This document shows, piece after piece, positions 25,451 through 37,640 of a stretch of DNA of 64,000 nt. Origin of the DNA: Octopus vulgaris (lineage: Eukaryota); assembly GCA_951406725.2 (NCBI GenBank), contig OX597838.1:42842001-42906000 (forward strand). The letters are read 5' to 3'. Made by a program: the position numbers and the translations under genes. Each line of letters begins with the position of its first letter. Position 1 is the first letter of the stretch. A model generated the notes under the pieces. The model was not told the DNA's origin, did no database searches, and saw nothing but the letters and a program-made list of their open reading frames with translations.

Positions 25451-27934
25451 CCTTAATGATAAGGGTTGACAAAAACTTCAAAGGACAAGGAAATCCCAAT
25501 TTCCAACAATAGCATAAGACCCCAAATCTTTCAGATAAGGTTTAATTATTTTATTGATGCTGGAAGAATAAAAAGTGAAGCTGATGTAAGTAAATTTGGA
25601 TCTAAAAAGAAGAGCATTGCGAAAATAGCTCCAAAGACTTGGTCCTAACATCATAGAAACAAAAACCAGTGACGTCTTCATTCGTTTGCCAGACAAAGAA
25701 CTGTACTTGTTGTGTAGAGACAATCTTGCCTGGAAAACAATGACCTCATGCTGCTGTGGAGAAACCAGAAGTAGGCTCTTGGCCAAAGCATTACCAAATG
25801 CTGCCAGACACCTACTGCTGACAAATTCACTTTTAGCAAACACACACACACACACACATCATAATAGATCATAAAATTACACCACATAAAAATTAACTGT
25901 AATTTATTTCCCTAATATCATTTATCATCCATTTTCCCACCCTAGTGTAAGTCAGTCTTTTGAAGCTGATTTTCTACAACCAGATGCCTCTCCTGTTGCT
26001 GACCCTCACCTCTTTAGAGGCAAAGTAATATTTCCCATGACCAGACATGGATTTTTATGGAAGACAGGAAACTAACAACATCGCATGTACAAAGGCAACG
26101 CTTGTTTATAACAATCATGTGATGTGAAGACAAGGGACACACACACACACAATCATCATCATTTAACATCTCTTTTCCTTGCTGGCATGGGTTAGATGGC
26201 CTGACTGGGGTTTGTAAGCCAGAGAGCTGCACCAGGCTTCAGTTTGATTTGGCCTGGTTTCTATGGCTGGATGTCCTTCCTAATGCCAACCACTCCTCAG
26301 ACTGTGGCGGGTGCCTTTTACATGTCACCATCACTGGCCATGACTACGATTTCACTTGGCTTGACATGTCTTCTCAAGCAAATCACCAAAGATCAAAATC
26401 ATTTGTCATCACCTCTGTGGGACTCAACATCCAGAGATCATGCTTCTCCACCTCCTCCCATGTCTTCCTGGGCCCACACACACACACACACACAAAATCC
26501 ATCTTAGAGGTAATAGGTGCTGCACAGTGGGACTGAAAGCAAGATCATATGTTTGGGAGACAACCTTCTTATCCACACAGCCACGACTGCCTCTATGTGG
26601 CATAAATACACAACATTAAAATTAAATATCTTAAATGAAGCTCCATTGAAAATGTCTTGTGAGTATCGGGTTATAAATTGCATGGAAGAGTATGCCATGC
26701 CATGAGCCCTCAACTCCTTGAGGGTGTCATAGGTGGGCAGCTGCAACATACAGCATGTCCTGGCAGAGTCCTTCCAGAAGGAAAGAGACAAAAGAAAGAA
26801 GGAAAAGGAGAGAGACCCCACTACAATACTGATACTTTATTTACTGACCCCCAAAAGGATGAACAGCAAAGTCAGTCTGGGTGGGGATTGAACTTAGAGT
26901 GCAGAGAGCTAGAACACTTACTGCAAAGCAATCTATCCAATGCTCAAACAAATCTGTCACATGGTTGCCTAAAAAGAAGGGTTTGGCCGTGTGGGTAAGA
27001 AGCTCACTTCCCAACCATGTGGTCTTGGGTTCAGTACCACTGTATGGCACCTTGGTGTTTTCTACTATAGCCCCAGGCCAACCAAAGCACTGTGAATGGA
27101 TTTGGTAGATGGAAAATGAAAGAAACCCATCTTATATACATACACGTTTGTGTGTGTCTTTGTGTTGTGTTTTGTCTTTCACTACCGTTTGACAACCAAT
27201 GTTGGTTTGTTCACATCCTTGTAAGTTAGTGGTTTGGCAAGGATAAAGAGATCAATATAAGTACCAGACTTGGAAAATGTAAGTACTGGGCTAAATTTGT
27301 TCAAGTAAACTCTTTAAGGTGGTGCTCCAGCATGGCAGCAGTCCAATGTCCGAAATAAAACAAGTAGAATAAAAACAAAAAAAGAAAAGATATAATAATA
27401 CTAACACTAACTTAACTGTAGATTTTCCCATGCCTGGTGTCTTGGAGAAATTAACTGAGCTCCATCAAAACTCACTTCTACAATCGGTGCCAACCCTTCA
27501 GGCCAAAACATTCTGTTTTATCTTCAAACCAGCCAGATCCAGCCTCTCACACCAACTCAATAATGTTATTCTAAAAACAAACAATCACACAATTGAAATC
27601 TCAAAACTAGGAGATAATGCATGATTAATCGAAAACACCATATAGAGAAAAACTGACTCAACTGCTGTACAGAGAAAGCATCAACCTGACAGATGGGAGT
27701 GTCGGTGATGGACCCTTCTTGATTGGGAGCAATGGATTTGGTTTTACTAGAATTAACAAGCAGTTCAATATCCGGTGCAGCTCATTCTAAACTATGAAGT
27801 AACTGGGTGGAGTTTGATATTGTATCAGAGGGTAAGGTCAATGACCATCAGCAATGTCTACATTGGTCATTTTTGGAGCTGGATGTCCAATCGATCTTCT
27901 TTTCGTGAGTGTGGAAACAACATTGCTTAGATTG

Positions 27935-28310
27935 TTGAAAAACTGGAATCCAAGCTAGATGGAACTGACACCCGAATGTTAAGTGCAGTCTTAAACATAT
28001 CTCAGAGAACTCAACCCACCAAGAAACAGCTGTATAGAAAATCTCCTGCCTGTTTCCATCATCATAAAGGAAAGGCACTTGCACTTTGCAGGACATAGCT
28101 GATGAGCTAAACAAGAGCCGGCAAGTGGTCAATTGGCTATGGATGCCAAAGCATGGCCATGCTTGAGCAGGTTGTCTGAACACAACATGTGTAGATCAAC
28201 ATGGCACAGGCACTAGATGCCTCCCTAAAGACCTCCCTCAACTAATGCAGGACTGAGATGGATGGTGTGTGCATGTTAAAAATATCCAAGCAAGCATTAA
28301 TGACAATGAT
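27935..28310 (+). mobile_element. RTE-clade LINE 3' fragment
   Basis: KLESKLDGTDTRMLSAVLNIS...PTKKQLY...IIKERHLHFAGH...WMPKHGH...LMQD*DGW, with stops and frameshifts. Confidence 0.75.
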
Positions 28311-29164
28311 GAATCCAAAACAAGGTAAATAAATAAGCATAGCATTCGTAAATAAAGTAATCTGAATGCTAAATGGTTACACCTGGTTTAATAGCAGTGT
28401 CCATCAACTTTTGTTGGGAATCTGGGAGTGACAAGAGAACAGAAGGAATTGGAGATGGGTTTTGAATGTTTGCTATGGATTTTCCGTTGACTGATTTTCA
28501 CTTGCAGAGCTCTACACAACCTGCAGCCATGCTAAAAGATGAGCCAAGGAATCAGGTGAGGGATTATGCAAGTGCACCCCCTGGTGGAGTACTGGGTGGT
28601 GGCCACGGACAGTCTTCACAGATTGTTGATGGCTGAAACTTCTTGGAGTTGTAGATGACACAACTTTCATAGCAGAAGTCAGTGTGTCACACATACATTT
28701 GTGACAATGAAATATCAAGAGTTCTGTGATTCTGAATGCACAGAGGATGCAATAGAGGCAAGAATATTCTGGTTGCCCCCTGCATGGATCCCTTGCTGAA
28801 TTACTGGAGTGGTCAAAGTTATTGGCTTTATTGATCACCGATGGACAAAAAGTGACAACTTTATCCATCTTCCACCTCTGTTTACTTTCTATAGCTCTTT
28901 CTTTTTATTTGAACCGTTTAGTATTGAAACGAGTCATATCTAGCCTCAATATTCCACCAGATTTATGTTAAAACTGACCAGATCTGACCTCTCACACTTA
29001 CCCTACAATATCATTCTAAAAATAAGGAATCACATCATGAAAAAGAATAATTTCAAACAATGTGAATAAATAAGCATTACATTTCACAGAGTAATCTGAA
29101 TGTTAAAGAATTAATTTTACTTTTTTTGGCCAATTCCAGTTCATAAAATTTGACAGGTTATTAT

Positions 29165-29788
29165 TACATTCTGAGTTCAAATTCTGCTGAAGTCAACTTT
29201 ACTTTTCATTCTTTTGGGGTCAATAAAGTACCAGTTGAGTACTGGGATCGATGTAATCAACTTACCCCATCTCCCAAAATTGCAGGCCTTGTGCTGTTAG
29301 TAGAAAGAATTATTATCATCATCATTAAAATGGTGAGCTGGCAGAATTGTTAGCATGCCAGACAAAATGCCTGACAGCATTTTGTCTGACTTTACATTCG
29401 GATTTCAAATTCTGGGGTTGACGTTGCCTTTCATCCTTTCGGGGCCAATACATTAAGAACCAGTTGAGTGCTGGGGTCAATGTAATTGACTAGTCCCCTC
29501 CTCCCCAAATTAGAGATCTTGTGCATTTAGTAGAAAGGATTATTATTATTATTATTAAGGTAGCAAGCTGGCAGAATCATTATCGCAGCAGGCAAAATGC
29601 TTGACAGCATTTTTCTGTCTTTATGTTCAGCGTTCACAAACCACTGAGGTCGACTTTGTCTTTCATCCTTTCGGGGTTGATAAATTAAGTACCAGGGAAA
29701 TTCTGAGGTTGATGTAATTAACTAGTTCCCTCCCTCAAAATTTCAGGCCTTGTACCTCTAATAGAAAGATTATTATTATTATTATTAA
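29165..29788 (+). mobile_element. Three tandem family B SINEs
   Basis: Same Nin/Deu-like core, with units joined by (ATT)n or (ATC)n. Confidence 0.8.
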
Positions 29789-31582
29789 GAAAATTGCATA
29801 AGTACAGAGAGGCAGTCAGTGTAGCAAAAGAAACGTTTCAAGTAATTCTTCTGCAACTGTCGTAGCAAATGTAAGCAAGAAAGCTATTGACACTTATTCA
29901 AGACTGGTTGTGTTTACTTTCAATTTGGAGTCAATTACAACACAGTTAGTATTGCACCTGCTGTCGTGGAAGAAAAGACCAGGTAAATCTCTTTGAAATA
30001 AATCTTGAATACTAATCTCTAATTATTTCTTTCTCCTCTACAAATCATATTCACATACTTGGAGAGAGAGGGAGAGAGAGAGAGTAGCAACTACAGAACA
30101 AACTCAGTGACAGAAGTTATCAATTAAGATATTTCTTTTTTAAATTAACACAATTAGCAAGAACAACAACAGCTGTTAAAAATTCTACCAAACGAAGCAG
30201 AACACAATAAAACAGATTGTTTCAATACAAGAGAATCACTGTTGTTCTTTATTGTGTAATGAATGCCAACTCCCTCCACACTTCTCTCACCCTGTCTATG
30301 GTTCTGTGAGAATGGTACCAACCCAACTATGACCACCCCTACTTCTATGATAAAAATAACTTTCCTGTTTTAAAGTGATCCAACTTAAAACCTTCCATCA
30401 AAATTTCAAGTTAATCTAGGTTCCAAACACCAGCTCATTTCACTGAATCCTTCGTTATTTTCAAAATTAATTAAATGAAATGCAGTTATTTCAACAGAAA
30501 TATGGTAACAAAAAGGTTTAACAAGTTTTACACTTTACCAACTTCTGGTAGAAAAAAAAATGTCTTTACAGGAATTAATCATGTACAATGAATGATTATT
30601 GTCAATAATAATACAGTACAATTAATCCTAAAACCCAGTCTTCAGCAGTCATGCAATATTGCTCATCTTTTACAATAACTACAGAATCTGTTAGCATGTC
30701 ACACACACACACACACACACACACAGATTTCTTTGACCAGAGTGTTCTGCCAACAGTTATCTCTCACCCTCTCATATGTGTGTGTCATCATCATCATTTA
30801 ACATCCGTTTTCCATGTTGGCATGGGTTGGACAGTTTGACAGGAGCTGGCCAGCAGGGTGGGCTAAGCATTTTCCCTGACATGCAGACAATTCTGCCAGT
30901 TCACCCCCTTCAAGGTACCAATAATCTTTTCTTCTACAGGCACGAGGCTTGAAATTTTGGGTGAGGGGGGGACCAGTCAATTACACAAAACCCGGGCCTC
31001 AAAGTTGGTAGAATTTGAACTCAGAATATAAAGATGGACGAAATATAACTAAACATTGCGCCCAGCATGCTAACGATTCTGCCAGCTCGTCGCCTTAACG
31101 ACTAATTTTCATTTGGTACTAACACAACCAAGAAGATCAAAATTGTTTGCATTGTTAGATCAGGTTTGTTTTTGTGTTTCAAAGCGGGGGGGGGGGGGGC
31201 AAAAGAAACATGGCTGTTTGCAATAAGGCAAGACTTTTGAAGAAGAAATTAACAGATTAACGGTGCTCCAGCATGGCCACAGTCAAATGACTGAAACAAG
31301 TAAAAGAATGGCATTTGCTTTGCCTTGAGTGAGAGCCTGAAGACTTTTATGAATTATTCTTATTATTATTATGCCCAGGTCAGACAAAATTTATTGAGGT
31401 AAGATGCTCTACTTTAACAAACTCTTACCTGCTACAAAGGTAATATTTCACCTTGGCTGAACAGGTGAAACAAATGACACTGCTTGTGTTAATATAGTGC
31501 TAATCATTTAGAACTGTCATGTGATGTCAAGACAAGGAGACACACACACACACACAACATTTATATATATATATATATATAT

Positions 31583-31947
31583 AGGAGTGGCTGTGTGGTA
31601 AGTAGCTTGCTTACCAACCACATGGTTCTGGGTTCAGTCCCACTGTGTGCCACTCTGGGCAAGTGTCTTCTACTATAGTTTTGGGTTGACCAAAGAGTTG
31701 CGAGTGGATTTAGTAGACAGGAACTGAAAAAAGTCCATCGTGTATATATGTGTGTGTGTGTGTCTGTCCCCCCACCACCGCTTGACAACCGATGATGGTG
31801 TGTTTACATCCCCGTAACTTATTGGTTCGGCAAAAGAGACCGATAGGATAAGTATTAAGCTTACAAAGAAAACGATCTAGAGTCGATTTCTTCAACTAAA
31901 AGCGGTGCTCCAGCATGACCTAGTCAAATGACTGAAACAAATAAGAG
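31583..31947 (+). mobile_element. tRNA-derived SINE family A, moderately diverged
   Basis: Full-length unit between (TA)n tracts. Confidence 0.85.
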
Positions 31948-31951
31948 TATG

Positions 31952-31992
<41 letters not shown>

Positions 31993-31994
<2 letters not shown>

Positions 31995-32383
31995 CGCAGG
32001 AGTGGCTGTGTGGTAAGTAGCTTGTCTACCAACCACATGGTTCCGGGTTCAGTCCCACTGCGTGGCACCTTGGGCAAGTGTCTTCTACTATAGCCTCGGG
32101 CCGACCTAAGCCTTGTGAGTGCATTTGGTAGACGGAAACTGAAAGAAGCCCGTCGTATATATGTATATATATATGCGTGTGTGTGTTTGTCCCCTAGCAT
32201 TGCTTGACAACCGATGCTGGTGTGTTTACGTCCCCGTTACTTAGCGGTTCGGCAAAAGAGACCGATAGAATAAGTACTGGGCTTACAAAAGAATAAGTCC
32301 CGGGGTCGAGTTGCTCGATTAAAGGCGGTGCTCCAGCATGGCCGCAGTCAAATGACTGAAACAAGTAAAAGAGTAAAAGAGAG
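31993..32383 (+). mobile_element. tRNA-derived SINE family A, young full-length copy
   Basis: GGCGCAGGAGTGGCTGTGTGGTAAG...GGTTCCGGGTTCAGTCCCACTGCG. It retains CpGs that are TpG/CpA in neighbouring copies. Other copies near 15245, 23904, 24533, 26980 and 63395 (+) and near 14000 and 32395 (-). Confidence 0.9.
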
Positions 32384-34670
32384 TATATATACAAGCTTCT
32401 TTCAGTTTCTGTGTACCAAATTTACTCACAAGGTCTGAGTTATAGCAGAAGACATTTGCCCAACGTGGCACAGAGTGGGACTGATTCCAAAACCATGTGG
32501 ATGGGAAGCAAAATTCTTAACCACACAGCCAGCCTGTTCCTAAAACAAACAGGAATCTGTTACTGTTTTTTAAATTAGCAATGATCCAATTTTTTTTTTA
32601 TTGCAGAAAGAGAAAAAGAGAGAGAGAGACTAATAAAGACTTCATTCTTGAGAGAAATATTACTATTGATGGGGTGTAGGTGATGGTGGAAAATCATTAA
32701 TCCTATCTCGGTTCTGGTTATTGATCCGATTTTCAAACAATATTTGCTTCTAAATAATTCGCTTTAGAGCTTTTAGGAGTAATTGACAAAATGCTTACGA
32801 CAGTCGTTCACTCACTGGCTTTCTGAAGCACACACCTTCAGACTCAGATACAAAAAAGAAATAAACTTTTTTTTATTTTAGTTAGCCTTTTGTTTCCATT
32901 TTGCAGAGAATTTATACAGAATGATTTTGTGGATTCTGTAAAACTTACCCAACCCACCACCTGGCAAAATTGAAGTTTGTATCATCATCATCTCCATTCA
33001 ATGTCTGTTTTCCATGCTGGCATGAGTTGGGTGGTTTGAAAGGAGCTAGTAAGGCCAGGGGCTCTGTTTGAACATGTTTTCTACAGCTTGATGCCCTTCC
33101 TAACACCAACCACTTCACGGCATGTACTGGATACTTTTTACATGGCACCAGCACCAGTGCTTTGCATCTTCATAAATATAGTTTGTAGAGAAACAAGATT
33201 TGTATTCCTGCACTGCTCCATTCAAATCTTTCTATTAACACACAACCAGAGGCAAAAGTAGCAAGAAGATCATAGCAATTAATGCTTCCTCAACAGAGAC
33301 AGCAACTAATTTGAGTTTTATTAAAAATCAGAGACTATGCTAAGTCCAGAGCTGAAGTAACTTGTTTTGCATTATTACTAAGCTATGTAGAGAATCCCAG
33401 CAAGCAGAGAAGCGAAACTGCCATCATCATCAGTTTAATGTCCACTTTACCATGCTTGCAGGGGACAGATTTTCACTGACTGGATGCCCTTCCTGTCACC
33501 AATCCTCACCTCTTTCCAGGGAAGGTAATATTTTCACCCCCAGACATGTTTTCAAGGGAGACTAAAGCAAGGGAAACTATTTGTATAATGGTGACATCCA
33601 TTCATAATTATTGTGATGTCAAGACAAGGAGACATAAACACTCAAACATACATACGTGATGGGCTTCTTTCAGTTTCTGTCACCAAATCCACCCAATGTC
33701 TGCCACAATCACTAAAAAGAAAGCTTTCTCAGTAAACAATGGCAGTTGCTAGATTTCAATGACAACAGAGGCTGATGTGTTTTAGCCCCAGGTCAGCTCC
33801 AACCGAGCAGATTCATGGCGTGCAGGTAATTGGTTGAATGATAAAGTGCAACCCAAAGATCTCGTTTCAGACACACCACACCTTTATCTAGCTAAAGACT
33901 AAACAGCCAGTTTCACCATGCAGTGATGAATTTTACTCTATCTCTCTCCAGTGACTGGTCTGTACCGAAGCTAAACGAGGCTGATGTGTATAGCAATGAA
34001 CACAGAGAACAGGTAATGTTGACAACAGATTAAGTCAGAAACGAAGAGTTGGATGCACTTTTGTACAGCATATACAGCCAGCTATGCAAATGTATACAGT
34101 TGTCACACAAAATATATAATGCCTACAACTTTGCCACATTATAGTGCACACAGAACAGTTAATATTTTAATCTTGATTTTTCCCCCCTTTTTTTTTCTTC
34201 TTTTTACGAAGGCACATGGCCCAGTGGTTCAAGTGCTCAACTCATAAGAACAATTAATTCCTGGACTGGGTGACATGCTGTGCCCTTGAGCAAGGCATTT
34301 CCTTTCGCATTGCTTCTGCTTGACTGGAAACAAGTGCCAGCCTAGTGTTGGTGCAGCTCTCTCTCTCTCTCTTTCAATGGTTGAGAGGGTTTATGATCAC
34401 ATCACCATTTAACATCCATTTTCCATGCTGGCATGGGTTGGATGGTTTGACTGAAAACTGGTAAGCTGCACCAACTTCCGATCTGACTTGGCAAGGTTTC
34501 TATAGCTGGATGCCCTTCCAAACGCCAACCACTCAGCAGAGTGTAGTGGGTGTTCTTAATCCCACTCTCTCACAATATTTAGAAGGATTCTTTCAGTTCA
34601 GTTTTTTTGGGGTTTTTCGGTTTTGATTTTTAAAAGATTCCATCAGGTAACAAGTTGGTTTTCAGTTTAA

Positions 34671-34877
34671 CCTTTTCAATACCAACCTGCCTGTGAATGC
34701 CTCTAATTTTACAAAGCAAATTCCTCATTTTAAAGCATCTGAATTAAAGTCATCCATCAAAATTCCATGCTGATTGATGTTCCAAACATCAGTTTAACAA
34801 TGACAAAGTTATTTCAATCAATTCTTCATTATTTTCCAAAAGTAGTGTATTTCAACAGAAATATGGTACCAAAAGGG
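34671..34877. mobile_element. piggyBac-like MITE (P1-related)
   Basis: TTAA|CCTTTTCAATACCA ... TGGTACCAAAAGGG|TTAA. Interior resembles 7709-7928. A degraded copy lies near 30310-30520. Confidence 0.7.
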
Positions 34878-35022
34878 TTAAGCTGCAGCTTAAAGGGGCA
34901 GGTTGATATTGGCTCTCATTGGTTTCAGGTGATATCTTGGTCTCCTGTGACCCTTGTGTCAGGTCATGGCCCTTGGTGTCCGTTCATCTTGCCCCTGGGC
35001 TTCATGCTTGTGCTGTCATTAA

Positions 35023-35441
35023 CCTTTTGGTATTTAAACTGGACATATCAGATCCAAACATTCAACTTGTTTCAGGTTCAAACTGGCCACTCACACCTAA
35101 CAATGTTATTCTAAAAATAAGCAATCACACATCATTGAAATTGTGAAGCCACAAGGGGATGCAGAAAAGTTCCTGGCCTTAAAGGTGTTGCGAAAGAGCC
35201 TGGTTGGAGACCCAACCTTTTGGGTTCTTTTACAGGGCTTAGAAAAACCGAAGGACAACTGCAATAAGTGTGTGAATCTGTGAGGGGAATATGTTGAATA
35301 AAATCATAATTAACTGATCCTCCTATATTTTCTTCTACCCAAAGCCAGGAACCTTTCAGTAGCCCCACCCCCCATAAAGGATAATACATAATTCTAAACA
35401 ATGTCCCTTACATTTGACAAAATAATCTGAATGCCAAAGGG
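35023..35441. mobile_element. piggyBac-like MITE (family P2) hosting a mariner MITE
   Basis: TTAA|CCTTTTGGTATTTA ... TGAATGCCAAAGGG|TTAG. Relatives without the insert lie near 14635-14840, 27490-27630 and 28910-29112. Confidence 0.65.
35155..35366 (+). mobile_element. mariner-derived MITE
   Basis: Imperfect TIRs GGGGATGCAGAAAAGTTCCTGGC and GCCAGGAACCTTTCAGTAGCCCC. The interior retains a mariner transposase end (KCVNL.GEYVE*). Confidence 0.7.
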
Positions 35442-37601
35442 TTAGACACAACTCGACTCACAGAATAATAAAATCAACATCAGATTTCTTCCCTCATTTG
35501 CAGACAATTTAGTCTTCTGTAATATTCTTGTTTTTATCCAACCACTCAAAGTTCACAAGGAATTTTTATCTTGCTTACGGCTGGAGATAATCCTTACTAA
35601 TGGAGGATAAAACTCGACTGATTTATGCCTTAACTACTGGTCCCGTTAGGATTAAGCCTATGAAAATTCTCCCTAACCCTCTCTGGACAGTGCATTACTC
35701 TTTTGCAGGTAATTTCCCAAGAGATCCCTGCACTTATTTCTGACAGTCAGGTAGACTACAGCTAATCCTTTTTCCAAAAATAGCAATGATCTTCGTGGCC
35801 CCCCTTTGGATTCAATGCTGGTTTATTACATGTAGCTTTATCCACAGAAACTGGACCTAGTGTTGCTAGTAAACCAATGGTACTTCAGGGGCTGCTTGGA
35901 ACTGCTACACCAGCACTCCAAATGGTACCTAGATACACTGGGGCCACTCAAAGGTAAAGTGTTCTCACATTAAAGGTGTGATGAACTGTCAACCTCTGCA
36001 ATGATGATCTGCTACTCTACCCGTGGAGATAAGCCTACAGTCTTATCTCACATTGAAATGCTAACAATAGATTTATTTCACCTCAAAAACCGTGAGCTCT
36101 CAATACGATACTCTATCAAGTCAGTTCTTTCACCTTGCAAGGAGTTCAGTATTAAACTCTGCTTTCTTGAGTACTAAGTAAATCAAAGACAACTCATAAG
36201 ACAATTTCGGGATCGATTCCCTGTGTCATATAAAGATGACCTGAGATGTATTGACTTCACCACCACCACCCTCCTCCTCAGTGTTAAGCCTCTCTTAATG
36301 AAACACTTATTATTACTATGCAACACAATGCTTTTGTCATGGCTGACTGTTGTTAGTTCATAAACTGCAGCTAATGTTAGTGAGAGGGAAGAGTGTCTTC
36401 ATTTTCTGCTATTTTGCTGTTTTTTTTCTTTTTCTTTATATAATCCCCTCTTTTTTTTTTGTATTAGGCAAAACCCTTGCAGATTTTGCTGACCCATTTG
36501 TCGGACAGCTTACCTGTCTACCATCCCCTTTCTTCTTAAACCTTTGTTTTCTAAAAAGTTTTTATGACATTAATTCTGGAGCTAAGCAGCTCTGGAAACC
36601 ATCTGTTTGGAATTAGTCTCAAGCGAATTTAAAATACTGTCTTCGTAAAAAACTTAATTATTGCTATGAAAATATTAAACCCTGATTTTTCTGAATATAC
36701 TCCAATCTGACATTCTCAATTAAAATCTCACTTCAAAAGGAAGAATGCAAGGTGGGCGCTTGGGTAAAAGACACTATGGCCTCCTTCTTAAAGTCAAATA
36801 GTGGTCAACAAAGTGAGAAAAAGAAGAAACATAATAACAATAAAAATCGTATAAGTAGTAATAATAGAGCTATGTCTGTTATCTTGTATAAGGTCGGTAC
36901 CAAAAAATATACCAGCAATTTACTGAGGTTTTTTTTTTTTAAACTCACAAAGTACAGTACAAGCCAGTGTCATCACTTGCAAGCGAATTTGGCTCTTACT
37001 ATTTGTTTTTGGTGCGTCTGTAGATATGAGCAGACAGGCACTCTGTCGGCAATCTACTGAGCAAGTAATAGAGACAGCTGCACCCAGCCGAGACACGCCT
37101 GGAACAGCATGAAACGAAGCTCATGAACACAAATGCATTGCCTAGCCCAAGAACTGAAAGCACAACCTTCTGATCACAAGCCAACACCCTAAAATACACT
37201 CATTCACACACAAAGATATACACATATACAGGTAGAATCTTTATCCTGTCAAACAAAACATCCTGCAGTAGTTGTTGAGGCTCAAGTAACAAGTTCCAAC
37301 AAACTCCAAAGTTAACACAGCCACCTTTCACCCAGCTGATAAAATAGAGTACCAGTCAAATACTGGGTCTAATCCCCTGTCCTTAAAATAATTGCTGGCC
37401 TTTTGCCTAAATTAGATATGCTACTCTTTCTCCACTACCACTCTCCTCTAATTCTCTCTCTCACATATATATAATAATAATGAATATAATTCCAAAACTT
37501 ACAGGGAAAAATTCAATATAACAATTTTAAATAAAATTTCACAATATATATGTATATAATTTAGAGAAAAACCACTATTAAACAATTCAATAAAGAAAGA
37601 T

Positions 37602-37640
<39 letters not shown>

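Noticed and set aside
25478-25855. 125-aa minus-strand ORF
   Set aside because: It starts in a (GT)n tract, has no recognisable motif and has no convincing splice boundaries.
31993-32065. tRNA-like A and B boxes
   Set aside because: This is a SINE head present in many copies. No cloverleaf or terminator was seen.
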